DNA of 64,000 nt from Squalus acanthias (taxonomy: Eukaryota): the NCBI GenBank assembly GCA_030390025.1, contig CM059432.1, forward strand, positions 78,370,001 to 78,434,000. Reading direction: 5' to 3'. How positions within the stretch are numbered: the first letter of the stretch is position 1; every line of letters begins with the position of its first letter. The translations under genes and the position numbers were made by a program. Under the pieces are notes generated by a model, which saw nothing but the letters and a program-made list of their open reading frames with translations, had not been told where the DNA came from and ran no database searches. This document shows positions 21,150-34,499 of this stretch, piece after piece.

Positions 21150-24100
21150 GGTATGGTAGCATGCTGATTATGTTACTGGACTAGTAATCCAGAGGCCTGA
21201 TGATCCGGAGACATGAGCTCAAATCCCACGAGAGCAGCTGGAGAATTTAAATTCAGTTAATTAAATACATATGGAATAAAAAGCTAGTATCAGTAATGGT
21301 GATCATGAAACTACTCAATTGTCATAAAAACCCATCTGGTTCACTAATGTCCTTCAGGGAATGAAATCTGCTGTCCTTGTCTGGCCTACATGTGACTCCA
21401 GACCCACAGCAATGTGGTTGACTCCTTACTGCACTCTGAAATGGCCTAGCAAGCCACTCAGTTGTATCTAACTGCTACAAAGAAGTATACTAAGAATAAA
21501 ACCGGACGGACCATCCTGCATCGACCTAGGCAACGGACACAATAAATGTATACCCAGCCCAGTCGACCCTACAAAGTCCTCCTCACTGGGGAATAATACC
21601 AAAATTGTCCCACAGAGTGTTGTCCCAGAGAGCTCAACAATCTACTCAAGCAACAGCCTGTCATAGCCATACTCACAGAATCATACCTTTCAGCCAATGT
21701 CCCAGACTCCTCCATCACCATCCCTGGATATGTCCGAACCTACAGGGAGGATAGATCCACCAAAGGTGGTGGCACAGTGCTATACAGTCGGGAGTGACCC
21801 TGGGAGTCCTCACATTGACTCCGGACCCCATGAAGTCTTTTGGAATCAGGTCAAACATGAGGAAGGAAACCTCCTGCAGATTACCACCTACCGCCCTCCC
21901 TCAGCTGATGAATCAATACTCCTCCCTGTTGAACACCACTTGGAAGAAGCACTGAGGGGAGCAAGGGCACAGAATGTATTCTGGGTGGGGGACTTCAATG
22001 TCCATCACCAAGATTGGCTTGGTAGCACCACTACTGACCAAGCTGGCCGAGTCCTGAAGGACACAACTGCCAGACTGGGCCTGCGGCATGTGGTGAGAGA
22101 ACCAACACGAGGGAAAAACCTACTTGACCTCGTCCTCACCAATCTACCGATCACAGATGCATCTGTCCATGACAGTATTGGTAGGAGTGACCACCGCACA
22201 GTCCTTGTGGAGACAAAGACCCATCTTCACACTGAGGACACCCTCCATCGTGTTGTGTGGCACTACAACTGTGCTAAATGGGATAGATTCAAAACAGATC
22301 TAGCAGCTCAAAACTGGGTATCCATGAGGCGCAGTGGGCCATCAACAGCAGCAGAATTGTATTCCACCACAATCCAACCTCATGGTCCGACATATCCCTC
22401 ATTACCATCAAGCCAGGGGACCAACCCTGGTTCAATGAGGGGTGTAGAAGAGCATGCCAGGAGCAGCACCAGGTGCACCTAAAAATAAGGTGCCAACCTG
22501 GTGAAGCTACAACACAGGACTACATACATGCTAAACAGTGGAAACAGCATGCCATAGACAGAGCTAAGCGAACCCACAACCAATGGATCAGATCAAAGCT
22601 CTGCAGTCCTGTCACATCCAGTCGTGAATGGTGGTGGACATTAAACAACTAACAGGAGGAGGAGATTCCATGAACATTCCATCCTCAATGATGGTGGAGC
22701 CAGCACGTGAGTGCAAAAGACAAGGCTGAAGCGTTCGCAACCATCTTCAGCCAGAAGTGCCAAGTGGATGATCCATCTCAGGCCTCCTCCTGAGGTCCCC
22801 ATCATCACAGAGACCAGTCTTCAGCCAATTTGATTCACTCCACATGATATCAAGAAATGGCTGAGCGCACTGGATACAGCAAAGGCTATGGGCCCCAACA
22901 ACATCCCGGCTGTCGTGCTGAAGACTTGTGCTCCAGAACTAGCCGCACTTCTAGCCAAGCTGCTCCTGTACAGATACAACACTGGCATCTACCCGACAAT
23001 GTGGAAAATTGCCTAGGTGTGTCCTGTCAAAAAGCAGGACAAATCCAATCCAGCCAATTACTACCCCATCAGTCTACTATCAAACATCAGGAAAGTGATG
23101 GAAGGTGTTTTTGACACTGCTATCAAGCGACACTTACTTACCAATAACCTGCTCACTGATGCTCAGTTTGTGTTCCGCCAGGACCACTCGGCTCCAGATC
23201 TCATTACAGCTTTGGTCCAAAGATGGACAAAAGAGCTGAATTCCAGAGGTGAGGTGAGAGTGACTGCCCTTGAAATCAACGCAGTATTTGACTGAGTGTG
23301 GCATCAAGGTGCCCCAGTAAAACTGAAGTCAATGGGAATCAGGGGGAAAACTCTGCACTGGCTGGAGTCATACTTAGCACAAAGGAAGATGGTTGTGGTT
23401 GTTGGAGGCCAATCATTTCAGCCCCAGGACATTGCTGCAGGAGTTCATCAGGGCAGTGTCCAAGGCCCAACCATCTTCAGTTGCTTCATCAATGACCTTC
23501 CCTCCATCATAAGGTCAGAAGTGGGGATGTTCGCTGATGATTGCACAGTGTTCAGTTCCATTCGTAACTCCTCAGATAATGAAGCAGTCCGTGCCTGTAT
23601 GAAGCAAGACCTGGATGACATTCAGGCTTGGGCTGATAAGTGGCAAGTAACATTCGCACCACACAAGTGCCAGGCAACGACCATCTCCAACAAGAGAGAG
23701 TCTCACCATCGCCCCTTGGCCTTCAATGGCATTACCATTGCCAAATTCCCCACCATCAATATTCTGGGTGGTCACCATTGACCAGAAACTTAATTGGACC
23801 AGCCACATAAATACTGTGGCTACAAGGGCAGGTCAGAGGTTGGGTATTCTGTGGCGAGTGACTCACCTCCTGACTCCCCAAAGCCTTTCCACCATCTACA
23901 AGGCACAATTCAGTAGTGTGATGGAATACTCTCCAGTTGCCTGGTTGAGTGTAGCTTCAACAACACTCAAGAAGCTCGACACCATCCAGGACAAAGCAGC
24001 CCTTTTGACTGGCACCCATCCACCACCTTGAACATTCACTCCCTCTACCACCGATGCAATGTGGTTGCAGTGTGTACTATCTACAAGATGCACTGCAGCA

Positions 24101-25172
24101 ACTCACCAAGGCTTCTTCGACAGCACCTCCCAAACCCGTGACCTCTATTGCCTAGAAGGACAAGGGCAACAGGCGTATGGGAGCACCGTCACCTTCAAGT
24201 TCCCCTCTAAGTCACACACCATCCTGACTTGGAAATATATTGCTGTTCCTTCATTGGCCCATAATTTCCGATAGGAGGCTTCCTGCGTGCTGATGCCTCC
24301 TATCGGGAAAAAATCTGTGCCCTTACCTGAGGGCTCCCGAGGTCCGGCCATTTCCAATCCTGGGCCTCTCCACAGTCGAAATGCGCAGGGCCCACGTATT
24401 CCAGGGGCGCATGTGGTTCGCAAGCGTCCCTGAGATCACGTGGGCCAGGCGAGCCAATGGGAGAAGGGAATCTCCCTTCATACTTTTGATAGATGGAACT
24501 GTCAAAAGTATGAATGGGGATCACTGAAAAAAGACACTAAAACATTAAATAATTTTTTTTAAAAACCATCACGTTTTTAAAATGAGTTAAAATTACATTA
24601 AATTAAATATTTTAAACAAATGTAATTTTTTGAAAAAGATAATTAAAATTTTTTACGGGGCTAAAAATAAACTTACCTTTTTTAAAAGTATTTTTAAATT
24701 CTAAATGAGTGAAAATTTTTTTTTTTTTTTTTACTTTTTTTCAACTCTTATGCTGGTAAAAGCAGGTCTTATGCCTGCTTTTACTAGGCGTAGATTTTTA
24801 AGTGATTTCAGCGGGCGGAGGTTCTGCAGAAAGCGGAACTCTCCACCCGCAGAGGCCCTTCTCCAGGATCCGATGATTCTTGACAGATCGGAAATGCCGC
24901 TTCGCATGCCTGAAACTGGCACTTGCGAGGTCCCTACGGGTGTGCACACACCTCGTACACACCCGTAGGGACATCGGAAAATATGGGCCATTGTCTCCAG
25001 GTCAAAATCCTAGAACTCCCTCCCTAACAGCACTGTGGGAGTACCTTCACCACACGGACTGCAGCAGTTCAAGAAGGCGGCTCACCACCACCTTCTCAAG
25101 GGCAGTTAGGGATGGGCATTAAATGCTGGCCTTGCCAGTGACACCCACATTCCTTGAACACATAAAAAATAA
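21150..25172 (+). mobile_element. CR1-group LINE (APE+RT, disabled) with tRNA-SINE-like 5' head
   Basis: A/B-box-like motifs at 21155-21227; APE (ILTES, YRPP, GDFN, SDH) and RT (QGSVQGP, FADD) remnants; 3' tail GGGATGGGCATTAAATGCTGGCC...AAAAA. Confidence 0.85.
24256..24989. mobile_element. PIF/Harbinger-type MITE (734 bp), related to 10859-11600 in opposite orientation
   Basis: 17-bp TIR GGCCCATAATTTCCGAT with 1 mismatch; perfect ATT TSD; shares the CCATTGGCTC...CACGTGATC motif and internal hairpin. Confidence 0.92.
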
Positions 25173-25549
25173 TGTGGAGGTCCTGCATGGTTACTGGCTC
25201 CACTGTAGACCTCAGAACACCTGCTCACAAATATGGCTTATTATCTGAACAGGATGCTGAACAGTCACTTGTCTCTGCAAAATATGTGCTACAAGCTCTT
25301 GGAATAAATGTGTAGGAGTCCAGCACCCAGTTCTGTGTAGTCATGGATGGATGGTTGTCTGCACTGAAGTCTGCCATGGAGAGTGTGGCAACATAATGGC
25401 AGTGGAGACTTTAGTGACACAGGTTATAGGCAGAGTGGGGAGGATCTGTCATGAACACTCACACTGCTGCTGTAGTGGTCTTGCTGTGCATAATGCAGGA
25501 AGCAACCTTTGCTGGCTTCAACTTACTTGGAGAAAGATATAGGCAGCAG

Positions 25550-26050
25550 GAGATTTGAAGATTTCATAGATATTCAATGTTCTGTTTGCAGGCAACTGGT
25601 GATTATGTTGAGAGGATACCTACAGCAGGTGCATGAGTGTAATTGTTAAAGATCAGGTAGGATTGGCTCTCATGAGGAACCACATTTGTGTTATCACCTC
25701 TGTCCAAGTGATAGTAGATGTACCAGAAAGCATGCAGGACCAGAGAGCTGGAACAGTACTGATTGTAGCTGATTCAGGTGTAGGGAGCCACAGCACATGC
25801 TGGCCTTGTACCACTGCAATCCAGCAGGCTGCCAGGCTGCCAACATTCCAATAGAAATGTTTCCATTTTATGATGGTACGTTGGTCCATTGGGAATGAAA
25901 TGGTTGTCCCAGCAAAAGAAGGCAGCTGTGTCCTCCATGATAGATTCGTGCCCAACAAACGCTGGATATCTCACTAGTGCTTGTCTAGAATGACCCTGAT
26001 GACTTTCACTGCCATTGGCAGTACCATACTGATAATAGATTAGAACAGGT
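25550..26050 (-). pseudogene. Possible very old Harbinger transposase remnant
   Basis: Weak minus-strand resemblance to HARBI1 motifs in the expected order (PAFVGHESI ~ [22 protein letters not shown] ~ [13 protein letters not shown]). Confidence 0.35.
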
Positions 26051-26569
26051 CTTTCTTCAGCAAATGACACAGTTTCTTCACAGCCTCCCATTTTAGTCTC
26101 AGCCTCCTAGGTTACTGCTCCTCAGTTATTCTCAGGTAGCTCTTCCGACACATTGTACATGCTAGAATTGTGTGAACTGGAACTAAATAGAAATTATATA
26201 AATGTCTACAGCTCTACCATGGAGGTTCAAAGCTGTATCGCTGAATCGAGACTTCGGGGTTGATTTTGACTTTTGGTGACCGACTGGTGGAGTGTGCCCA
26301 TACCTGCGGAGAAGAGGAGGCACTGGCCTCATTAACATCGGGCTGGTGAGCTGAAGGGTGCCAAACGGGCGTTCCAATGCAGCTTGCTGGTTTGAGGCCT
26401 CCCAACCTCAGGGCCACCAGCAAGGTAAGTGTGAAGCTAATGGCGGAGCTCGGACATTGGCATTTAACTGCACATCTGCTCCTCATCTGAAGTTGCTGCA
26501 CCATTTACGCTTAAATTACAGCAAGCGCCATTAGCCTCACCATTATTTTGACAGTAAAATAGTTATCGT

Positions 26570-27135
26570 GATAGACTTAGAGTGCTGGGGATTTTTACTT
26601 TGTAAAAGTGTAGCCTTCGATGGGATATGATTGTTGTCTTTAAAAAGGTGAAATTCTTCCCAGTGTCCTGGCCAATATTTATCCTTCAACTAACATCACT
26701 AAAACTGATTATCTGGTCATTATCACATTGCTGTTTGTGGGATCATGCAGTGTGTAAATTGGCTGCCACGTTTTGTACATTACAACAGTGAATATGCTTC
26801 TAAAATACTTCATTGGCTGTAAAGCACTTTGGGACATCCTGAGGTCATGAAAAAGGCTATATAAATGCAAGTCTTTCTTTTTTTCCTTTTTTTAAATAAC
26901 AAGGGATTAGAATTTGTCCAAGTGGGCAGATTATTTTAGCTAGATAGTTGGAGAAGGATGGGCTGGGGCATCACTACTAATTGTTGCAGCACAGAGTTAG
27001 TTTAGATGCCAGAAAGTACTTTTTTTTGCAGAAAGTTGATGACATTTGGAATAGGTTGCATATGTGCAGTGAGTGTGGCTTCGCTGCATGCCTGCAAAAG
27101 GGAACTGGATGAGTTCCTGTGAATGGAAGACATCT
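26570..27135 (+). mobile_element. Highly degraded CR1 3' fragment split by a SINE
   Basis: RLRVLGIFTL/DMIVVFK remnant before the SINE; WNRL...KRELDEFL after it. Confidence 0.55.
26655..26893 (+). mobile_element. Deu-domain SINE (SacSINE1-like) 3' part
   Basis: GTGTCCTGGCCAATATTTATCC...AAATTGGCTGCC...CTATATAAATGCAAGTCTTTCTTT with L2-type tail; family name from recall. Confidence 0.75.
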
Positions 27136-27919
27136 CGGGTTATAGAAGGTTTACATAGGATATACGGCACAGAAACAGGCCATTCGGCCCAACCAGTCCA
27201 TGCCGGTAGCTGGGTTAATTTGAATTAGTGATATCAGTCACATTGATAGGCTAGAACTTGCTTGATTTCCTGCGAGGGTTGGCGAGAAATTTCACAGAGC
27301 TTGTTCCTAAATTGCCCTAATGTTTCTACTCTAGGTTTTTTGCCTCTCCTGATAGATTGCATGACCTGGGGGTGTGGGGTGGATTGATCATGTGTGTAAG
27401 CTTCACCATGTTGGAATGGGACAGGCTTGATGGACTAGTTGGTCTTTTCCTGCCCTTTTGTGTTCATCACATATGATTAATTTTAATTTTTCTCCAAATT
27501 CTGCAAAGTGCACATGTCTGAGTAACTGGAAAATATAAATACAAGTGCCTGTTGTGCTATTACTGTTGAAGTTGTTGAAGTTGTGACTATTCCTTTTACT
27601 TGTGAGTTATGGGCTAGATTTCCCACCCATTGACCTTGAACAGGAAATGTGAAGAAACAGGCCTTCCAATTGAAGTGGTATTTCAGGATTTATCTTGTAG
27701 GATCCTTTCTTAATTCAATGTGTGTGACTGATCCCTTTGAATTTTAACACACCTTTTAAATTCATTTAAGAACATCATGCACAATGAAGAAATACTTTCA
27801 TGAATTTAACTGTGCACTTGTGTGAGTTATCAACCCCCTGGGAAGCACAGGTTCTCAAGTGATGTAGAGAAATGAATGTAAGAAAGAAATAGATGTTCTT
27901 ACTCCCCCTTTGGTAAATG

Positions 27920-28240
27920 CACTGCCCAGTATGGAACTGAATCATACAGAGTAAGAAGGTTAGAGATTTCATGCCCAGTCTGTGCTGAGTTACATGATTG
28001 TAACAGGAGTAGCAGTAAGGCACAACAATTGGTTTTAACACCCTGGTCAATGAATGGAACAAAATCAAACCAGAATTCCATCTCTTGATTGCTCTCCAGT
28101 GACTCCTGCTAACATGTTTGGGATATATGGAACACAGGGACAAAATGGAATGAGGTTTGTCTGTGTTGTCTCCCGTGGTGGATTGCGTCTTGCCCTGACA
28201 TTCACCGTCTTAGCTCACACATGAAGAATTACCAGTGTTA
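27920..28240 (+). mobile_element. Old tRNA-like SINE remnant
   Basis: CTGAATCATACAGA..AGAAGGT...CCCAGTCTGTGCTGAGTTA, similar to the reverse complement of 36300-36365. Confidence 0.45.
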
Positions 28241-28689
28241 TTGCCCCTGTTGAACAGCATTATCAGGAGAAAACTGGAGGGAGAGAAAATCATATCATTA
28301 CAGTGAGTCTTTCCATTTACTACATTCAACATTAATGTAACATTATCTTCAAAATAGATGAATATTTCTGTTGAAAACTCATGCCATATTCTGATTAAAC
28401 CCTTGTATTCTGTCCTATTCTCTGAATAAGTTTAATTGAACTCCTCTAAAGTGAATTGTGGGACAAGCTGGATGGACCATATTTTCGTATGTTCCTATGA
28501 ATACTCCATTCACAAACAAAATCATTAAACTGCATAATCTACACCTCACACTGAACCCAGGATCCACATCATCCCTGATAGGACAATCAGCTAGTTTTTC
28601 CTTGTTCGGTACACCAATGATACTAAGTTATACAGTCAGCCAGGATACTAGCTGATCTAGCTTCAGTTATTCAGCCAGGTTAATCATCA

Positions 28690-28805
28690 TGCTAATAGGT
28701 TTAGATAAAATGGGGTGGAAGGAGGCTTGTGTGCAGCATAAACGGCGACATAGACCAGTTGGGCTGAATAGCCTGTTCCTGTTCTGTATGTAATTCTATG
28801 TAATT
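28690..28805 (+). mobile_element. CR1 3'UTR/tail fragment
   Basis: GACCAGTTGGGCTGAATAGCCTGTT plus GTAATTCTAT tail, as at 30400-30470. Confidence 0.75.
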
Positions 28806-29159
28806 ACACATTTTGTCCAGTTCACTATCTTCTCCATAACATGTTGCATGATTTATTTAAAAAAGATCAACAAAGTCACAGCAAAAAGAAATAATAATCA
28901 CATGGAGAAAACAATTCACCTTTCAGATTACAGTTAAAGGATGTATGGAATTGTTCAATGGAATATTCTACAATTTCTTTGATATTTTTCATAAATGAGT
29001 ACCGATACGTGAAGAAAATGTGGAAGCAGATTGTTCATGTAACAACAATTAAAGGGATGATTCCACAATCTGGTGCTTTCAGTTGGGAGTAGTGCTCAGA
29101 GGTAACACACCCCAGGAAATTGCAGACACATAGCCTGTGATTTTTCTTCCATTAATTTT

Positions 29160-30472
29160 AATTAAGGATAGCTATTCAGACTGGCAAAAGGTGGGAAGTG
29201 GTGTTCCACAGGGATCAGTGCTGAGATTACTGTTGTTCACAATTTACATTAACGATTTGGACTCGGGAGTTGGAAGTACAATTTCAAAATTTGCGAGCGA
29301 CACCAAATTGGGGGATATAGTTCATACAAAGGAAAAATGCGACAAAATACAAGAAGACATTAACAAATTTTCAGAATGGGCATGTAATTGGCAAATGAAT
29401 TTCAACATAGTTAAGTGTGGTGTATGTGGTGCATTTTGGTAGGAAGAATAAGGAGGCCACATACTGCTTGGACAATAAGAGTCTAAATCTTCAAGGGTTA
29501 AGTTATGAGGAGAGATTACACAAATTAGGGTTGTATTCCCTAGAATTTAAAAGGTTAAGGGGTGATCTGATCGAAGTTTTCAGGATATTAAGAGGAACAG
29601 ATAGGGTAGATAGAGAGAAACTATTTCTGCTGGTTGCGGAGTCTAGGACTAGAGGCATAGTCTAAAAATTAGAGCCAGACCTTTCAGGAGTGAAATTAGG
29701 AAACACTTGTACACACAGGGTGGTAGGAGTTTGGAACTCTCTTCCTATGTTCCTATAAGTGGGGTAGAGGAGCAGAGGGATCTCGGGGTACAGATACACA
29801 AATAACTACAAGTAGCGACGTGGGTTAATAAGGCCATTAAAAAAGCAAACCAAGTACTGGGATTCATTTCAAGAGAGAGAGAATTGAAAAGCAGAGAAGC
29901 TGTGTTAATCTTGTCTAGAACATCGGTTAGACCATGTTTGGAGTACTGTGCACAGTTCTGGTCTCCATATTATTAAAAAGGATATAGAGACATTGGAAAA
30001 GGTGCAAAAAAGATTCACAAGGATGATACCAGAACTGAGAGATTATAAATATCATGAAAGATTGAACAGGGTGGGGCTCTTTTCTCTGGAAAAGAGAAGG
30101 CTGAGGGGTGACCTAATAGAGAGCTTTAAAATTATGAAGGGGTTTGATAGGGTAGAAAAGGAGAAAATGTTTCCACTTGTGGGGAGACCAAAACTAGAGG
30201 TCATAAATATAATATAAGATAGTTACTAATAAATCCGAAAGGGTGGTAAGAATGTGGAATTTGCTACCACAGGAATAGTTGAGGCGAATAGCATAGATGC
30301 ATTTAAGAGTAAGCTAGATAAGCACATAAGGGAGTAAGGAATAGAGAGGTATGCTGATAGGGTTAGATGAAGAGGGGTGGGAGGAGGCGCATGTGAAGCA
30401 TAGCTGCCGACATAGACCAGTTGGGCCGAATGGCCTGTTTCTGTGTTGCAGACTCGATGTAACTCAATGTAA
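29160..30472 (+). mobile_element. CR1 RT/3' fragment with nested CR1 piece (~29489-29756)
   Basis: GVPQGSVL and KFASDTKL motifs; C-terminal ORF2; 3' tail; nested piece ends in TTCCTATGTTCCTAT. Confidence 0.9.
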
Positions 30473-30969
30473 TTTAAGAGGGGAACTGAAGGATGCACAG
30501 TTCATTCCATGAGTTAGGAAGAGATAATTATTTGTGCAATGTTAATGTCACAAACGCAAAAGCTGTTCTGGCTACACATCAGCGTTCTGCATCAGTCCAG
30601 TCGCTACAGGATGCCAACAATGAAGCTTTACACACTTTCTCCAAGTTGTGAAACTCTGACCCAGACAGTTGGGCAAATTTTCAGTGACTGGACAATTGGG
30701 AGCCCTGCTGATCAGGTTGAGAACCTCTGTGCCCAATTCTCCAATCTGCGATCCCGTTGAGTAAGACTACATGCCAGGAGTGTTGTCTGTACCTTTTGTG
30801 GACAGGACATACCTGAACAATTTTTCACTTTGTTGGGTAGATGCTATGTTGTTGTTGTACTGGAACAGAATAGAAGAAGAAATATAATACTGGGAGCAGA
30901 AACCACAAAGTGTGAGATTGTGAGATAAATAAATAATACTGAATGTAAATTGGAGAAATATTCTACTTC

Positions 30970-31110
30970 TCAGTTCTGATGAAGGGTGCACACATGAAAC
31001 TTTAATTTGTCTTTTCTCTTTACAGATGCTGACTGACCTGCTGTATATTTCCAGCACTTTCTGTCTTTATTTCAGAGTTCTAGCATTTGCAGAATTTTTC
31101 ATTTTAATTT
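30970..31110 (+). mobile_element. Penelope-associated repeat with degenerate hammerhead core
   Basis: GTT-CTGATGA-AGGGTGCACACAT-GAAA-CTTTAAT; stems II and III are degraded. Confidence 0.6.
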
Positions 31111-31159
31111 GAAAACTTTATATGGGGAACTTTCTTTTAAGAATCCAAGGGAGCTGGAT

Positions 31160-31300
31160 TAGCATCATTAATCCAGGGTGCTTCCCCTCTTTAGCCCCAT
31201 GCTTGCTGACATCATCAATCTGGCCCTAACCTTTGGCACAACAACTACATCTTTCAAAACTCCCGTAATCACCCTTCCCCCAAAAACCTACCTTGACCTC
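31160..31300 (+). mobile_element. L2 RT fragment
   Basis: LPLFSPMLADIINLALTFGT...FKTPVIT resembles the pre-RT region of L2 ORF2. Confidence 0.55.
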
Positions 31301-31339
31301 TTCATTCCCCACTGCCCACCCTGCCCCCGTCTCCCCCAT

Positions 31340-32830
31340 TCCCTTCTCCCTCATGTATGCAACAAGCCTCCCCTCAAATGCATCAGTGCTCTCTGCTTCA
31401 ACCACTCCATGTGCAGTGAGTTCCACGTTGTCACCACTCTCTCTATAGAAATACTTCCTAAATTCTTTATTTGATTTGTTAATAGTTATCTTATATTCAG
31501 GCCCCCTTTTTGAGGGATCACCCACAAGTGGAAACAATTTCTGCACATCCACTCCACTACTTCGTAATTTTAAATACCTCTATCAGGTCTCCTCTTAGTT
31601 TTCTCCTTTCCAAAGAAAAGATTCCCAGCCTGTTCAGTCTTTCCTTATTGTTGCATTCTCTCAATTCTGGTTATAAATTTTTTCTGCACTTTCTCCAGTG
31701 CTTCAATATCCTTTTTGTAATATAGAGACCAGAACTGCACACAGCACTCCAAGTGTGGTCTAACTAATGTTCCATATAAATTTAACATTACCTCCCTGCT
31801 TTTGTATTCTATTCCTCTAGAAATGAACCCCAGTACTTTGTTTACATTCTTTAAAGAAAGAAAAGAAAGACTTGCATTTATATAGCGCCTTTCATGACCA
31901 CCAGGCATCCCAAAGTGCTTTACAGCCAATGAAGTACTTTTGAAGTGTAGTCACTGTTGTAATGTGGGTAAACGTGGCAGCCAATATGCTCATAGCAAGC
32001 TCTCGCAAACAGGAATGTGATCATGACCAGATAATCTGTTTTAATTATGTTTATTGAGGGATAAATATTGTCTAGGACACCGGGGATAACTCCCCTGTTA
32101 ACTTGTGTAGCTAATTTTAATGATTTATGTATCTGTATTCCCAGAAATCTTTGCTCCTCTACCCTATTTGGTTTCTTACCTTCCAAGGAATGAGTGGTCT
32201 CCATTGTTGGTCCAACCAAAATGAACCACTTCACACTTTGCTATATTGAACTTCATTGCCATTTATCCACCCACTCTGCAAGCCTGTTTATGTCATTTTG
32301 TATTTCAGCGAAGTTTTTACATTATTGACTGTACCCTCCAATTTGGTATCATCATCAATTTCTGAGTCCAAATCATTTATGTATATGGTGAAAAACAGTC
32401 GTCCCAGGACAGATCCCTGCGGGATACAACTTCGAATTTTCTGCCGGTCTGAAAAGCTTTCCTTAACTCCTACATTCATTTCTGTTTTTTAGCCTCCTTT
32501 CAATTTGTTCTGCTACCTGGCCCTTGACTTCACATGCCCTGACCTTTGCCATGAGTCTCCCATGTGGTACCTGATCAAAGGCCTTCTGAAAGTCCATGTA
32601 TACCACATCCACTGCATTTCCTTTGTCTGCTCTTTTTGTTTCTTCTCCAAAGAATCCAATAAGGTTAGTTAACCATGACCTTCCTCTTGGAAATCCATGC
32701 TGACTATTCTTTATTTCATTCTCCATCTCTGGATGCTTTGCTGTCTGATATTTTAGCAAAGATTCTAGTATCTTTCCTACCACTAACGTTAAGCTAACTG
32801 GTCTATAGTTCGGTGGATTAGTTCTGTCTG
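31340..32830 (-). mobile_element. Degraded CR1 LINE ORF2 fragment
   Basis: [30 protein letters not shown] and VRPHLE motifs on the minus strand. Confidence 0.92.
31850..32097 (-). mobile_element. Deu-domain SINE (SacSINE1-like) 3' part nested in CR1
   Basis: Reverse complement of the same family as 26655-26893, with (TTTC)n tail. Confidence 0.78.
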
Positions 32831-34499
32831 CAAGACATCTGAAATATGGCTTCAAGATTACACTAGGTAGTTGTGTGGGCCTTATTTTATCTGTTTTCAG
32901 CTTCTGTCTCACAAATATATCATTAGCCACAAATGAAAAAGGCAGCTTTTATCTCCCAGGAGCTACCTAGAAAGTCTGCTTTCTTTTTCAAATTAAACAG
33001 GCATAAAATAAAAAGATTCTGACTGCAGTCTGGAAAACAGGCATCAAGCTGCATAGTTCCCATTGCTGGTCACTGGCCACATGGACACTGATGGAGTCAA
33101 AGCCCCTGTGGTCCACAAGTGCCATGACATTATCTTAATTAGTGCAGATGGCTGCATGGGTCTGATCAGTAACCTCACCGCCCCCCCTCCCCCCCCGGAT
33201 TTTGGGGAACCCTGCCATATGAAAGAATGACAATTGCTATGCACTAGTAATGAAGCAGTAATTTTAACTAGACAAAAAAAACTAATCCAAAGTACTCGCT
33301 ACTCAAATATATCCATATATATATGATTTCCCCAAAGTTGTGCAGCAGAATTGTAAGCTCTCCTGGGTGGTGTTTCCTAAGCAGTGAAACTGGTGGAGGG
33401 ACAGTAAACGACATAAATGAGTAAAAGTGAAACACTTTTCTGTTTTCTGTTCTTTCCAGTTTGCTGCTTTGTTTTTTAATAAATTAAATTATAAATCTAC
33501 TTTGAGTTTCAAAAATAAATTAATATAAAGCTGTTCTGAACTCAGAAAATGTGTAAATCCATGATGCTAATAGGAACTAATGTTACTTTGTCTCTCTCCT
33601 TCAGTTCCCCTTTCCTTGGCTGAGAAGACAAGTATGCGGTCAAACTCGATCAATTCCCAGCTGTGACCACTGGGAGGTGCATGAGAGCAATCTGTATCGG
33701 CTCACCTGTGGTTTTCTTTCCCTTTCGGTGGGAATGTGTATTCCCCTTGATTTCCCTGATTAGGAGCTCATCATGTGGAATGACGGATGTGAGCCTGAAT
33801 CCTACCGCCCTGCATTCACTGGTACGGGACAGAAACAGCAGTTGGCGCTTTAGGAATACTCCAACCCTACAATGCAACCACAGTAAAGGATTGGGGAAAA
33901 TACTAACGTGCTTGTGCAGCATTAAAAAAAATGTTTGTAAATGTTGTAGTACTTGAGAAATTCTCTATTTTCTAGAATCCCTTATGGCAAATAATTGAAT
34001 AATAATAATTACATTGGTTCTTTATCTGTCCCTGAGAAATTCAAGCAGGTCACAACACGTCTTTATTGATTTCCTCAACTCTTTACTATGCAAAGAAATG
34101 TTTTCTAAATTGCTGACAAATTATAATGTTTTAATTTCTTTTAGCTTCTGATATTCTACATTATAAGGTTTTAAACAACATAGTTTGGTGTTTAATTCAT
34201 GCTGCACCGAGTCCTGGATTGAGGGTGACACAACATTTCTGATACAAATACGAAATGATTCCTTTTTCGTGCGATCTGGGAATCTTTTCTTAATGTACAA
34301 TTGCAAAAATATAAATTAAAGGGTAAAGAGAACTAATGGATGCCTAGGACCAATGATGGCTGTAAGTATGCCAAGAGGGTTCAGAGCTCAACGGATTTGA
34401 GCAACAGCTGGGGACACTCTGTAGCATACATGAGGAGGAAGGGTTTCTAAAATAAATGTCCCAAATGTTGGTCACCCCTCAGGGAGAACAAAAGAATGA

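Noticed and set aside
21150..21230. tRNA gene
   Set aside because: Degenerate boxes, no cloverleaf, and it continues into retroelement sequence
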